A stretch of 64,000 nucleotides of DNA, from IMG/VR virus record IMGVR_UViG_3300029914_000017; one strand, written 5' to 3'. Position numbers and translations under genes: made by a program. This stretch comes from an uncultured virus (IMG/VR IMGVR_UViG_3300029914_000017) (lineage: Duplodnaviria; Heunggongvirae; Uroviricota; Caudoviricetes). Position 1 is the stretch's first letter, and every line of letters begins with the position of its first letter. The notes under the pieces were generated by a model. That model worked only from the letters and a program-made list of their open reading frames with translations, was not told the DNA's origin and did not search any database. This document shows, piece after piece, positions 1 through 11,029 of this stretch.

Positions 1-578
<578 letters not shown>

Positions 579-602
579 ATAAAAATAAAAAAATAAAATA
601 CC

Positions 603-1124
603 ATGATAGATTTAACATCCTTAAGTGAAGGAATTTGGGGTCCTAAAAATAGAGTTTTCCCAACAGAAGAACAAAAAACGATATTATCCAGTACTAATAC
701 AGGAGATACTGAAAATAGAAAAGAAATTTTAAATTTAATTGCCTCCGAAAATACAGCAAATCCTGCAGATATTGCAATAGCAGTAAAGACATATAATGAT
801 AAAAAACCTATATTAACAAATACTGGCGACACTTATCAATTTATAGCAGCTTCAGTTTCAATAGAATATATTACTGGTACTACTGGTGAAACCATAAATA
901 GTGGTACTACTGGTGAAACCATAAATAGTGGTACTACTACTACTACTACTGGTACAACTACTGAAGCAATAACTGGAAATACTGAAGAAACAGGTTCTAT
1001 TGTAATTAGTGGGGAAACTGGAACTACTATGGGTACAGTTAGTCCATCCGAGTCAATTAAAACAATTGTAACAGGATTTATCAATTATAAAATTAATAAT
1101 GTAATAAAAAAAATAATATTTTAA
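603..1124 (+). CDS. Thr/Gly-rich hypothetical protein, probably virion-associated
   Basis: ORF with duplicated GTTGETINS unit and a poly-Thr tract, located in the structural block. Confidence 0.6.
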   Translation: MIDLTSLSEGIWGPKNRVFPTEEQKTILSSTNTGDTENRKEILNLIASENTANPADIAIAVKTYNDKKPILTNTGDTYQFIAASVSIEYITGTTGETINSGTTGETINSGTTTTTTGTTTEAITGNTEETGSIVISGETGTTMGTVSPSESIKTIVTGFINYKINNVIKKIIF

Positions 1125-1970
1125 ATGACAAATATACAATTAGCAAGTGAAGATTGGGTTAATAGTGGTAAAACATGGGAAAATATTGTTAATACTGTAA
1201 AGACAATTAAATACGGTGACCTTTATAATTGGTATGCTGCAACTGATGTAAGAGGTATTGCACCTATTGGATGGCATGTACCAAGTGTAGATGAATTCAA
1301 CACGTTAATTGCATATCTTGGTGGTGGGCAATTAGCTGGATTGGCATTGTCTGATGTCAGTCTTGGTAATGGGTCTAATAATTCCAGTGGATTTTCAAAT
1401 TTCAGTGGGGGAGGGTATAGGAATTATAATACATTTTACGCATTAGGTGGTACGGGTTTTTATTACACCACTACCGCATATTATCAATACCAATACTTTT
1501 GCAAAATTCAACCATGGGTAAATAGTGAGTACAACGCTTACACATATCCAAATCAAGATTGGGATATGGGTGGGGCAGCATCCATTCGTCTGATAAAAGA
1601 TAACTCAACAAACGAAGGAGATGTAATAATTGATGGTGACACATATCATGCTGTAACAATCGGTACTCAAGTTTGGTTACAACAAAATTTAGCAGTCAAA
1701 CATTATCAAAATGGTGATCCAATAGGTTCAGATTTTAGTGGAACCGTGGGAGCGATGTGTGCCTACAATAATGATGAAAGTAATGTTTACGACATTGTAA
1801 CAGTAACCGATCCTACTCATATTGGACCTATTTTATCAAAAATGATTTATGTAAACGTAGTTGATTTTAGGCCATTAGTTGAATATGCTGATAATGCGAC
1901 TGCAATTTCAGCTGGTTTAATAGCTGGACAGTTATATACCACAACAGGTTCTTTAAAAATAGTATATTAA
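1125..1970 (+). CDS. FISUMP (Fib_succ_major) domain protein, circularly permuted; candidate receptor-binding protein
   Basis: Motifs YGDLYNWYAA, APIGWHVPS and SIRLIKD, followed by DGDTYHAVTIGTQVWLQQNL...GAMCAYNND. Confidence 0.85.
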   Translation: MTNIQLASEDWVNSGKTWENIVNTVKTIKYGDLYNWYAATDVRGIAPIGWHVPSVDEFNTLIAYLGGGQLAGLALSDVSLGNGSNNSSGFSNFSGGGYRNYNTFYALGGTGFYYTTTAYYQYQYFCKIQPWVNSEYNAYTYPNQDWDMGGAASIRLIKDNSTNEGDVIIDGDTYHAVTIGTQVWLQQNLAVKHYQNGDPIGSDFSGTVGAMCAYNNDESNVYDIVTVTDPTHIGPILSKMIYVNVVDFRPLVEYADNATAISAGLIAGQLYTTTGSLKIVY

Positions 1971-1994
1971 ATAGTGCCTTAAAAAAAATAATAT

Positions 1995-2201
1995 ATGAAT
2001 GATAAAAGATTGAAACAATTAATAAACGAAGAGCTTTCAAAAACTGATATTACCAATCTGGTAAAGGATGAAAACTCAAAATTAATTAAATCAAAAGATT
2101 TTGAGTTAAGAGTAAAACAAATTTCAGGTAAAGTAATTGAAGAACTTTATAGAATATTATGGCAACGCAAGAATTTTTGGTCTGACACGATTAACAAATA
2201 A
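1995..2201 (+). CDS. Small hypothetical, putative head-associated protein
   Basis: ORF with LKQLINEE leader. Confidence 0.6.
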   Translation: MNDKRLKQLINEELSKTDITNLVKDENSKLIKSKDFELRVKQISGKVIEELYRILWQRKNFWSDTINK

Positions 2202-2214
2202 AAAACTACTACAA

Positions 2215-2628
2215 ATGAATATATTATTAACGAATAAACAGGTAGGTATTTTGAAAGAATCGATTGAAGCTCAAAAAATTTCAAAAGAGGATTTTATAAA
2301 AGAAGTTAAGTCTTTTCTATATAACGTGCTTTCAAAAGAAGATAATAAGGTTCAAAACAATTTTTGGAAATTAAATGGGTTAACTAATAGTGAAGTTTTA
2401 AATAAACTAATTAGGTTCGGGGTCGTTGAAAAGAGAGAAGATAAGTTAATGGTTCCAAAGAAAAATTTTGAAAGAAAAGTTGATAGGTTATATTACGATA
2501 TGTTTCCAGAACAAGAAATAGTAACAGAAGATGGTGAAGGAGGCGGCGCAAATACGTGTAGTTCTGTAGGTGGTAGTTATGAAGTACCATTTATGTCACC
2601 AATTAGTAGAAAAATAGGCGGTTTTTAA
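2215..2628 (+). CDS. Hypothetical, putative head-associated protein (start revised to ATG 2215)
   Basis: ATG lies just after the upstream stop; leader MNILLTNKQVGILKES. Confidence 0.6.
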   Translation: MNILLTNKQVGILKESIEAQKISKEDFIKEVKSFLYNVLSKEDNKVQNNFWKLNGLTNSEVLNKLIRFGVVEKREDKLMVPKKNFERKVDRLYYDMFPEQEIVTEDGEGGGANTCSSVGGSYEVPFMSPISRKIGGF

Positions 2629-2669
2629 AAATAAAATATCAAAAAGTTTAAAAAATAATAAATTCGATG

Positions 2670-2677
2670 TATTTATA
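2670..2677 (+). promoter_or_regulatory. Putative phage late promoter TATTTATA
   Basis: 17 nt before ATG 2695; the same motif and spacing recur before several other genes. Confidence 0.5.
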
Positions 2678-2694
2678 ATAAAAATTAATTCACT

Positions 2695-3537
2695 ATGGGA
2701 ACAATTATAACTGGCAATCAATTACGTGAAATGTTAGGTGAAGGTATATCCGAATTTAAACCAGTTCTTGGGCCAGGCGTTACCGAAAAAAACAAAAAAT
2801 CTAATGTAGAATCCAATAAAAAAACTTTGGAATATACAGGTGCAACTACCAAGAAAAATATTGGTGATGAGAGTAAACCAGTTAAATTTAATGACATCAA
2901 GGGAGGTATAAATAATAACAAGAACAATCTTGACTTAGAATATGATAGTGATCCTGGTGATAAATGGAAAGAACGTGTTAAAAAAGGGGTGGAAGGTGAT
3001 GCTACAATGGGTAACAATGCAGATAAAGATGATGCACAGACTACCAACAAAGGAAGTGAAGATTTTTTTAAAGGAACCGAAAAAGTAAGTAAAGAGATGC
3101 AGGATAATGAGCACATTTTAAAAACATCTGGTCTCGTATCTAAAAATATCCCTATGCCCAAAAAAGCAACCGCTTTCGAATCTATTGATCTAACTAAAGT
3201 TAAAAGATTAAATTTTAAAAATACCCAATTTTTAGGTGAAAGTCATATGTTAAGTCTAATACCAGAAGATTATAAAAAAGACAAATGTAATTTTATCATG
3301 AAAGATAAAGCTCAAAATGAATATCTTATTGAGTGGAAGGTAAATGGATTGATAAATGAAGCGGTAATAAAGGGATATGAAAACAAAATTAAATTAGCTG
3401 AGGAATTTAATAGAATTAAAAAATTATATAACTATAGTAGTTCAGATCATTTCGGAACGCCTACTGAAAAACAAAGAATACAAGAAGATAGTCAAATTCA
3501 AAAAGGAATTGAGAAAATGCGTGGGTTATTGGATTGA
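2695..3537 (+). CDS. Hypothetical virion (prohead core/internal-type) protein
   Basis: Long ORF with charged low-complexity N-half, LAEEFNRIKKL motif and upstream TATTTATA. Confidence 0.55.
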   Translation: MGTIITGNQLREMLGEGISEFKPVLGPGVTEKNKKSNVESNKKTLEYTGATTKKNIGDESKPVKFNDIKGGINNNKNNLDLEYDSDPGDKWKERVKKGVEGDATMGNNADKDDAQTTNKGSEDFFKGTEKVSKEMQDNEHILKTSGLVSKNIPMPKKATAFESIDLTKVKRLNFKNTQFLGESHMLSLIPEDYKKDKCNFIMKDKAQNEYLIEWKVNGLINEAVIKGYENKIKLAEEFNRIKKLYNYSSSDHFGTPTEKQRIQEDSQIQKGIEKMRGLLD

Positions 3538-3588
3538 AATTACTTTTCTCACCGTTAAAAAATAAAAAATAATAAAGTTGAGTAAAAG

Positions 3589-4317
3589 ATGAAAAGGATT
3601 CCGACGGCCAAACAACAAGATGATAATCAAATTAATGACAATTTAGGGATTCTGGAAAGAACTTTGAAAATGATTGCTAAATATGGCCCATTCAGAGTAT
3701 TAGGTGGTTTATTTGTATTAGTACTATTTGGTTTAACACTAGCTTTATTTATTAACCAAAAGCGAATTGTAACGAGTATAATAGAAGGACAAAAAACAGA
3801 AGAAACCCAAAAGCATTCTTCATTAATGCAGCTTAGATTAAATCAAATAAACCCACAAATTGATGCAATTCTATTAAAATTATTAATTGAAACTGGTTCT
3901 GATAGGGTATTTATAATTGAAATGCATAATGGCTCAAATAATCCAACGGGATTACCATTCGTTTATGGTGAAATAACATATGAACAAATGATTGATCCAA
4001 ATATGGAACCAATAGCCGAAGAATACGGGACGATGAATTTATCAAGATTTAGTTTTATTAGCTTCGTTTATAAAAATAAGTTATTTAAAGGGACCATAGA
4101 AGATTTAAATGAAATAGATTCAAAGCTCGCAAATAGAATGGAGCAAAATGATGTTAAATACATTTATTTAGCATCATTAACAGGAAGCAATATGGCAATC
4201 GGATTTGTGGGAATTACATATATAAACAAGCCAATCAATATAAACGCAGAAGGTAAGATCATGGATGCATCACAAAAAATAGCTATATTACTGGATTTAT
4301 ATCAACAAGCTAAATAA
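3589..4317 (+). CDS. Putative holin (single TM plus GAF-like periplasmic domain, T4 T-like architecture)
   Basis: One hydrophobic helix (VLGGLFVLVLFGLTLALFI), then DRVFIIEMHNG...IGFVGITY. Confidence 0.55.
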   Translation: MKRIPTAKQQDDNQINDNLGILERTLKMIAKYGPFRVLGGLFVLVLFGLTLALFINQKRIVTSIIEGQKTEETQKHSSLMQLRLNQINPQIDAILLKLLIETGSDRVFIIEMHNGSNNPTGLPFVYGEITYEQMIDPNMEPIAEEYGTMNLSRFSFISFVYKNKLFKGTIEDLNEIDSKLANRMEQNDVKYIYLASLTGSNMAIGFVGITYINKPININAEGKIMDASQKIAILLDLYQQAK

Positions 4318-4339
4318 TGAATTTAATTTAAGTTTTAAA

Positions 4340-4744
4340 ATGGCAAGAAACAAATTAGTTGCAGATTTTATACAATGGATTTTAATACTATCCCTTTCTG
4401 GAATGTGTTTGGTTTTATATTTAAATGGGCAAACAATAACAAAAAACTCCAATTTATATAAAATAAGGAATAAAGATTTAGCTAATACAAACGAAAGACT
4501 TTCCGATTCTATTAATTTTATACGCCAAGATAATCCTTTAATTATAGTTAAATATAAATTAGTATATAAGGGAGACACAACCTATGTAGATAGAAAATTA
4601 ATCCCATTAGATAATAAAGTTTATAACTTCACAGATGAAAAAGGTGGAATTAGATATCAAATTCACGTAAAAGCAAAAGATATTAGCTGGTACAAAATAA
4701 ATATTTCCGTAAATGATGATTCATTGTTATTAGCAAATAAATAA
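4340..4744 (+). CDS. Membrane-anchored protein downstream of holin (possible lysis accessory)
   Basis: N-terminal TM helix followed by a coiled segment. Confidence 0.45.
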   Translation: MARNKLVADFIQWILILSLSGMCLVLYLNGQTITKNSNLYKIRNKDLANTNERLSDSINFIRQDNPLIIVKYKLVYKGDTTYVDRKLIPLDNKVYNFTDEKGGIRYQIHVKAKDISWYKINISVNDDSLLLANK

Positions 4745-4757
4745 TTTTTTTTCAATT

Positions 4758-4793
4758 AAAACTTGTTTTTCTCGAATATTTTATGTACATTTG
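4758..4793 (+). promoter_or_regulatory. Early promoter, Bacteroidota sigma-70 type
   Basis: AAAACTTG-N20-TACATTTG; 41 nt identical to the copy at 19644-19684. Confidence 0.85.
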
Positions 4794-4820
4794 TTTCGAA
4801 TTTAAAAATTAAATAAACAT

Positions 4821-7241
4821 ATGGACATATTAATTGTTGCGACTCACTTTTTCAAAGTATTCATTTTAATCTTATCTTTCTTAATTACAGTGAAAGAAAC
4901 CTTTCACCTATTTAAGTGCATCAAATCTAAAGTTTTATTTGAAATATCAAACCGTGATTTATTATATCTTGGTTTAAGTATAAGTTATGTGTTCGCATTC
5001 ATATTTGGTTAAATTAAAAAATATAAAATAAAATGTTAGAAGAAAAGATTAATGAACTGGGTGATAGATACATCACCAACGGTATTTATGAGGGATATAA
5101 ATACGTAAAAGTAAATATTCCAGAAGAATGGAATGTAGAAATTTTTGATGGAAATGTAGATGCTCAGAGAGATATCAACAATCCAACAATTGTAGTATTT
5201 GGATCAGACTCTCCAGATATTAGCTTTTCAACGATTATCGATGTTATCTTTGAATTTATTAAACCGTATTTAGCTGTTTTAGAAAAAGGTAATTTATTTA
5301 ATAGTTTTGTTGAAAAACTTGAAGCAATATTTATTGAAAATGACCTGGAAACGCTAAAAACGCTTAGTTTTACCTTTCCTGAAAGACAAAAACGTCCCTA
5401 TAATAAGACTAAGAATATACCAGATTTAGAAATCGTTGAAAAAGCAGTTGATAAGCGAGAATTGTTAGTTGAAGATAAAGAACTTTTAAAATAATTCAAA
5501 TGGAATTACTTATATTACTTGCGTTTATTTTCGCGTGTTATGGTTTTTCGAATATAATTGTTTATTCGGATGGCCCATTTGGTATTTTTACGTGGTGGAG
5601 AGCAACATCTAGTAAAATACATCCTAAATTTGGAGAATTATTCGGCTGTATGATGTGTTTACCAATGTGGGTTGGTGGGTTATTGTCAGGTATTAATCTA
5701 TTTTTTATTCATGGGTTCACATTCACGCCAATGAATGTAATATTTAATGGCTCAATTTCTGATTATTCAGGTTATAAATTATGGATAATTTTAATGGTAA
5801 TTTTATTAATTGATGGGGCAATCGCCTCTGGAACATCGTGGGTGATACATAACATTGAAGAACATTTTGAAAGATAGAATATGATTAATGAACTTAATGA
5901 AATAAAAGATGCCGAATCTGAAAAGCTTATTTTAGATAAGCGAAATGATATATTTCGAAATACATTAGCAGATCAGTTACTCAATAAAGGGTTAGGTGAA
6001 AAGATGATCAATCAATTAAAGAACCCAATTACACCAACTAAATTCCAAGTTTTTAAAACGAAAGTAAAAAGATTTTTTAATAACCTATTTGAAGTTTTGT
6101 AAAATGGCAAAAACATATAATTTACCAGCGAACGAGCAATTATTAAAAATTGCAACTATTATTTCAACAGAATTATCGGATGTCAAGAAAGATAATATCA
6201 CAATTACGTTTGAGCTTGAAAAAGAATTATTAAGACAAATTGATGAAGAATATTTTTTCAAAAATAATAAAGAAGCATTACCAAGTGATTTTAGCCCAGC
6301 CGATGAGGTTTTAGTAACCATTTTAGACCTACAGTTCAAATTTATAGAAAAAATTAATGAATAACATTTTATCATCCGATGATTCAATTGAAGATAAATA
6401 CGCAAAATTAAGGAAGAGACTCGCGGATGAAGCTTATCGAAAAAAGTGGAAAGTAAGAAAAGATAATGCCAAATCTCATCGCAGAAGGTATAAAAAAGCA
6501 AAACAAAAAAAAGAAGCTGAAATTAAGGCAGCCGAAATAAAAGAAAAGAGAAAAGTAAATCCTTATTGGAGAATTATAGTTACAAGTCAAAAAAAAGTAT
6601 TAGTAGATATTCTTTATACTCCAAGCAAAGACGATGCTATTCAAAAGTTTAATAAAATTCTTATTGAAAATAAAAAAGATGTAAGAATACCAAAAAAAGT
6701 TTTGATAAAAGAACATTATATTCACGAGGCAAAATATGAATTAATTCTTTTAAAAAGAAGAAAGGAAGATGACCCAAAAGAAACATTTATTAGAAACGAA
6801 ATGGGCCAATTCGTACCAAACGTTGCCAGTAGTGAAAAATGGGTTATTTATGAAAAAGCAGATTTTTATTTCGAAGAAACTTATTGGGTATACGGATTTC
6901 ATCCAAGGCACCAGCGAAAAGATTTTTATTATATATTAGAAGATATTCTTTTAAAAGGAGTTGGAAAAGTAAACTACCATCAAAAAAGAGTAATGGTTTA
7001 TAAAAATAAACTTATAATTGAAGATGATAATTACGATTTTGAAATGATCATTTGTAAAACTCATGAAGATTGTATTAGATTATATAATGAATTAGAAAAA
7101 GAAATAATCCCCTTAAAATTAAAATCAATATATTGGTCTGGTTTTGTCGGAGACGCTCTTTCGGGTAGATTAATAGAGAGAATAATGGAAAAAACAGGTT
7201 GGGATATTAGAAAGATTAAAAGAAATAGTACAAGACCATAG
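4821..7241 (+). other. Operon of hypothetical CDSs (4821-5012, 5033-5494, 5500-5877, 5881-6102, 6104-6364, 6357-7241)
   Basis: Tightly packed same-strand ORFs after the early promoter. Confidence 0.75.
5500..5877 (+). CDS. DUF1360-like membrane protein
   Basis: TM helices and FGELFGCMMCLPMW (CxxC-W) motif. Confidence 0.6.
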   Translation: MELLILLAFIFACYGFSNIIVYSDGPFGIFTWWRATSSKIHPKFGELFGCMMCLPMWVGGLLSGINLFFIHGFTFTPMNVIFNGSISDYSGYKLWIILMVILLIDGAIASGTSWVIHNIEEHFER

Positions 7242-7262
7242 TTATTTCAATATTTATCAAGC

Positions 7263-7298
7263 AAAACTTGTTTTTCTCAAAATTTATTAGTACATTTG
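7263..7298 (+). promoter_or_regulatory. Early promoter, Bacteroidota sigma-70 type
   Basis: AAAACTTG-N20-TACATTTG. Confidence 0.85.
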
Positions 7299-7361
7299 TT
7301 GTGAAAATTAAAAACAATATAAATTTAAATTATTATTAACAATTAAAAATTTTTAAAGATT

Positions 7362-7811
7362 ATGAATGAATGGTTTAATGTAAAGGTCAAATATGAGAAG
7401 ACTGTAGAAGAAGGAAAAATCCAAAAAATTGCTGAAGAATATTTATTCGACGCATTATCTTTTACAGAAGCTGAAGCAAGGGTAAATGAAGAGTTAAAAC
7501 CTTTTATTAGTGGCGAATTTATTACAGCCGCAATCAAGAGGGAAAAGATTAACGAAATGTTCTTTAATGAGAATGGTGATAAATGGTATCGAAGCAAGGT
7601 AGTATTTATTTCATTAGATGAAATTAAAGCAGTTGAAAAGAAAACAACTTGTACGATGATGGTTCAGGCAAATGATATTTTGGACGCTTGGAATGTTTTA
7701 AAAGAAGGAATGAAAGGATCAATGGCAGATTATGTAGTCGCAGGTATCGTTGAAACTAATATTTTAGATGTTTATAAGTACGATTTAAATAAAGAAAACG
7801 AGGAAAAGTAA
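7362..7811 (+). CDS. DUF4494 family protein
   Basis: WFNVKVKYEK...EEYLFDALSFTEAEAR...GSMADY...ETNILDVY. Confidence 0.85.
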   Translation: MNEWFNVKVKYEKTVEEGKIQKIAEEYLFDALSFTEAEARVNEELKPFISGEFITAAIKREKINEMFFNENGDKWYRSKVVFISLDEIKAVEKKTTCTMMVQANDILDAWNVLKEGMKGSMADYVVAGIVETNILDVYKYDLNKENEEK

Positions 7812-7833
7812 TCAATTAAAAAAAATAAATTTT

Positions 7834-8028
7834 ATGTTTGGAAAGAAAAGTTTAGAAGTTTTTGAAACTTCAGATCAATTTAAATCGCGATTGGAAAAAG
7901 AAAATGAACAATCACTTAAAATCACAGCAATTGATGCAGCCCTGAAAATTCCAAAAGGACCTAATGGAGGAGATGCTGTTAGTTTAGTTGCAGACGCTCA
8001 AAAAATTTATGATTTCATCAGTAAATAA
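7834..8028 (+). CDS. Hypothetical protein
   Basis: Short ORF in operon. Confidence 0.6.
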   Translation: MFGKKSLEVFETSDQFKSRLEKENEQSLKITAIDAALKIPKGPNGGDAVSLVADAQKIYDFISK

Positions 8029-8041
8029 ATAAATAAAATTA

Positions 8042-8091
8042 GTTGGTAATCGGAAATGGGATTGTTTACTATTCTGGTTACCAACCTTTTT
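8042..8091 (+). terminator. Intrinsic terminator
   Basis: 14-bp stem GTTGGTAATCGGAA/TTCTGGTTACCAAC with G.U pairs, followed by a T-run. Confidence 0.7.
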
Positions 8092-8103
8092 AAAATAAAT
8101 AAA

Positions 8104-8682
8104 ATGAAAATAACAGAAGAAAAAATAAATTTGAATTTCGTTCGATTTATTAAAATGCTTAAAAAATATGCACTATATACCGATGAATTAGATAAAGATG
8201 ATCAATTTAATGATTTATTAAAATTAGCCCCATCACATACTAAAGATGAAACTGGTGGCGCTTATAACGGAGGTTTAATTGAACATATTTTATTAGTTAC
8301 CGATTACGCAAAAAAATTAAACGAAAATCTTTTAAAAGAAGACGAACGTGTTGACAACAAATCGTTAATGAAAGTTTGTTTTTTACATCAGATTTCTAAG
8401 GCGAAAGAATATAGAGTAAATGATGTTGAGTGGGAAATTAAGAAAGGTAATTTTTATAAATTCAACGATGGATTACCAGCTCTAAAAACAGGTGAATATT
8501 CAGCATATTTATGTAGTCAATATGGTATTGAATTAACCGAAGATGAGTATGAAGCAATTTTATCTATTGATAAGGAAGATGATGTACAAACTAAATTATT
8601 CGGAAATATGCTTTCACGAATATTGAGAGTAGCCAATGAGTTTGCGAACGTAGAAAGAAAAAAGAATTTTATAAAAAAATAA
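8104..8682 (+). CDS. HD-domain phosphohydrolase-like protein (start revised to ATG 8104)
   Basis: GAYNGGLIEH...CFLHQISK. The HD pair reads HQ, so it may be catalytically divergent. The track's upstream start lies inside a terminator. Confidence 0.6.
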   Translation: MKITEEKINLNFVRFIKMLKKYALYTDELDKDDQFNDLLKLAPSHTKDETGGAYNGGLIEHILLVTDYAKKLNENLLKEDERVDNKSLMKVCFLHQISKAKEYRVNDVEWEIKKGNFYKFNDGLPALKTGEYSAYLCSQYGIELTEDEYEAILSIDKEDDVQTKLFGNMLSRILRVANEFANVERKKNFIKK

Positions 8683-9732
8683 ATGCTAAATAAAGAAGTT
8701 AAATATGGCCTAAAGGATATAGCAATTGTTCCAGCGTCTGTTTCAAATATTAATAGTAGAAGTGAATGTAATCCATATTATTCAAGTGGATTTCTACCTC
8801 TTTTTACGGCTCCGATGAGCAGCGTTGTTGATCTAAACAATTATAAACTTTTTAAAGATAATAAAATTACACCAATTATCCCAAGGAATATTGATTTTAA
8901 AATTCGTAAAGAGATGTGTTCTGAAATTTGGTGCGCATTTTCGATGAAAGAATTTTATGATATGTGTTTATATTGCGAATTCGACGAGGGTAAACATTAT
9001 GCTTTGGTAGACATTGCGAACGGTAATATTCCAGATCTAATAAATACAATTAGAAAAGCAAAACGCAATTATGGTGATAACCTACAAATTATGGCTGGTA
9101 ATATTGCCAATCCAGATACATATGTAGCATTAAGTGAAGCTGGTACGGACTTAATTAGATGTGGAATTGGTGGCGGAAACGGGTGTATAACTTCCTCAAA
9201 CACAGGGATCAACTACCCAATGGCCTCTTTAATTGATGAATGTTTTCAAGCATCTTTAAAATTGAAAAACCCAGCAAAAATTATTGCAGATGGCGGAATT
9301 AAAGGTTTTTCGGATGCAATTAAATGCTTAGCGTTGGGCGCCGATTACGTTCAAATAGGTTCTGTTTTCAATAAAATGCTTGAAAGTGCTGGTGAAACCA
9401 TTATAAATAATGGTGGTACATATGAAATCGCTAATCAATATTCAGAAGCTGTTTTAAAGAGTTTTAAAAATGGTATTTGTCTTTATAAGACATTTTATGG
9501 TATGTCAACTAAAAAGGCCCAGAAAGAGCTTGGAAACACGAAACTGAAGACATCTGAGGGCATAGAGAGAATTCAAGAAGTTGAGTATACAATGTCTCAG
9601 TGGATAGAAAATTTTACCGACTATTTAAAATCGGCAATGTCATATACCAATTCAAAAACATTAGCTGATTTCATTGGCGAAGTCCAAACGATTGTTATCT
9701 CACAAACAGCCCAAGACGCGATAAATAAATAA
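8683..9732 (+). CDS. GMP reductase / IMP dehydrogenase family enzyme (no CBS domains)
   Basis: PLFTAPM, DIANG, AGNIA, GIGGGNGC (catalytic Cys), IIADGGI, YGMST, SAMSY. Confidence 0.85.
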   Translation: MLNKEVKYGLKDIAIVPASVSNINSRSECNPYYSSGFLPLFTAPMSSVVDLNNYKLFKDNKITPIIPRNIDFKIRKEMCSEIWCAFSMKEFYDMCLYCEFDEGKHYALVDIANGNIPDLINTIRKAKRNYGDNLQIMAGNIANPDTYVALSEAGTDLIRCGIGGGNGCITSSNTGINYPMASLIDECFQASLKLKNPAKIIADGGIKGFSDAIKCLALGADYVQIGSVFNKMLESAGETIINNGGTYEIANQYSEAVLKSFKNGICLYKTFYGMSTKKAQKELGNTKLKTSEGIERIQEVEYTMSQWIENFTDYLKSAMSYTNSKTLADFIGEVQTIVISQTAQDAINK

Positions 9733-9733
9733 A

Positions 9734-9814
9734 TTATCTTTTAATTGGTGGATTGGATGGTTGAGTAGTGGTGGTAGTTTTTTTACATCCACAATTTTCG
9801 AATATGTTTTCCAT
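9734..9814 (-). CDS. Putative 26-aa micropeptide MENIFENCGCKKTTTTTQPSNPPIKR
   Basis: Manually translated; TATTTATA motif 17 nt upstream on the same strand (9832-9839). Confidence 0.5.
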   Translation of the reverse strand: MENIFENCGCKKTTTTTQPSNPPIKR

Positions 9815-9875
9815 AATAGTTTTTATTTAATTATAAATACATTTTAAATAATTTTTTATTCGTTTTTATTTAATA

Positions 9876-9911
9876 AAAACTTGCTTTTTACAAATATTAT
9901 CAGTACATTTG
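9876..9911 (+). promoter_or_regulatory. Early promoter, Bacteroidota sigma-70 type
   Basis: AAAACTTG-N20-TACATTTG. Confidence 0.85.
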
Positions 9912-9926
9912 CTTAAATTAAAACAT

Positions 9927-11002
9927 ATGCTTAGTTACATTTTTTGTTTAGTTTTTAAAATAATACGATATAGATATTTTATGGTATTTGAAGATGGCTC
10001 AATTAAAAGAGTTTATTTAAAAGACGTGCCAGACACAATTTATTTTTCAAAAGAAAAAAAATATTTTACTGTTTTAAACGAAACGAGCGAAATAATAAAT
10101 AAAACATTGATTTATCAATGGATAAAAGTGGAGGAATTAAATAAATTATGAAAAATAAATTAAAATTAAATATATTAGCTTCATTAATAATGATATTGGG
10201 AGCTTATCAAGATAGTGATTTTGTATTTATTGCTAAAGTGATATTCCTTATATTATTCGCTGGATTCACAATTCTAAGTATTATTATGACTTTAATTTAT
10301 TATCCAATTTAAAATAAAATGCAAAAATTAATTACACAAATAAAAGAAAAAGGTTTTAAGCCAATGAAATTCGCCATATTTAATTATATGGATGACCACG
10401 GTTATATTACCGAAATGGAAGGGCTTTTCAAAAGAAAATTCGCAATCGACGATTTTGAATATGTCGCATTCGATTTAGAATTAAATGAAAAAAATGGTTT
10501 AAAATATAGGACACATAATGTACTTAAACGTTTTTATGATTTAAAAAACTTAATAGAAGAAGATATTCAAATCGATAAGAATTTATCAAAGGCAAAACTA
10601 TTCATTTTAAAAGATGAGGGTCAAGCATTTTTAGTTAAACTATCGGATTTTGATTTGCTTGATTTAATATAAAAATAAAATAAAATGGAAAAAGAAATTT
10701 TTAATAAAATATTATCACTTAAATCAGAAGTTGATGATTATATTGAACAGGCAGAAGATATATTAAAAATTGACATATTTGATACCAAGCCCGTGGATAA
10801 TTTTTATCTGTTGTTCGATTTAGTTTTCAAAAATGAATATACAATAGAAGGCTTTGATTGGATATGCTGGTTTGTATTTGAAAAAAGAGGCAGAAAAGAA
10901 ATGAAAGCATATGATAATGATGTTGAAATTTTAAAAAATGTAGAAGAATTATACGAATATGTTGAAAAAAATTATAAAATAAAAAGTAAAATAAACAAAT
11001 AA
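9927..11002 (+). other. Run of small hypothetical CDSs (~9927-10151; unlisted 54-aa membrane ORF 10148-10312; 10319-10672; 10685-11002)
   Basis: Abutting ORFs after the promoter; 10148-10312 is hydrophobic (MKNKLKLNILASLIMILG...). Confidence 0.65.
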
Positions 11003-11029
11003 TATTAATAATTAAAAAAAGTAAAAGTA

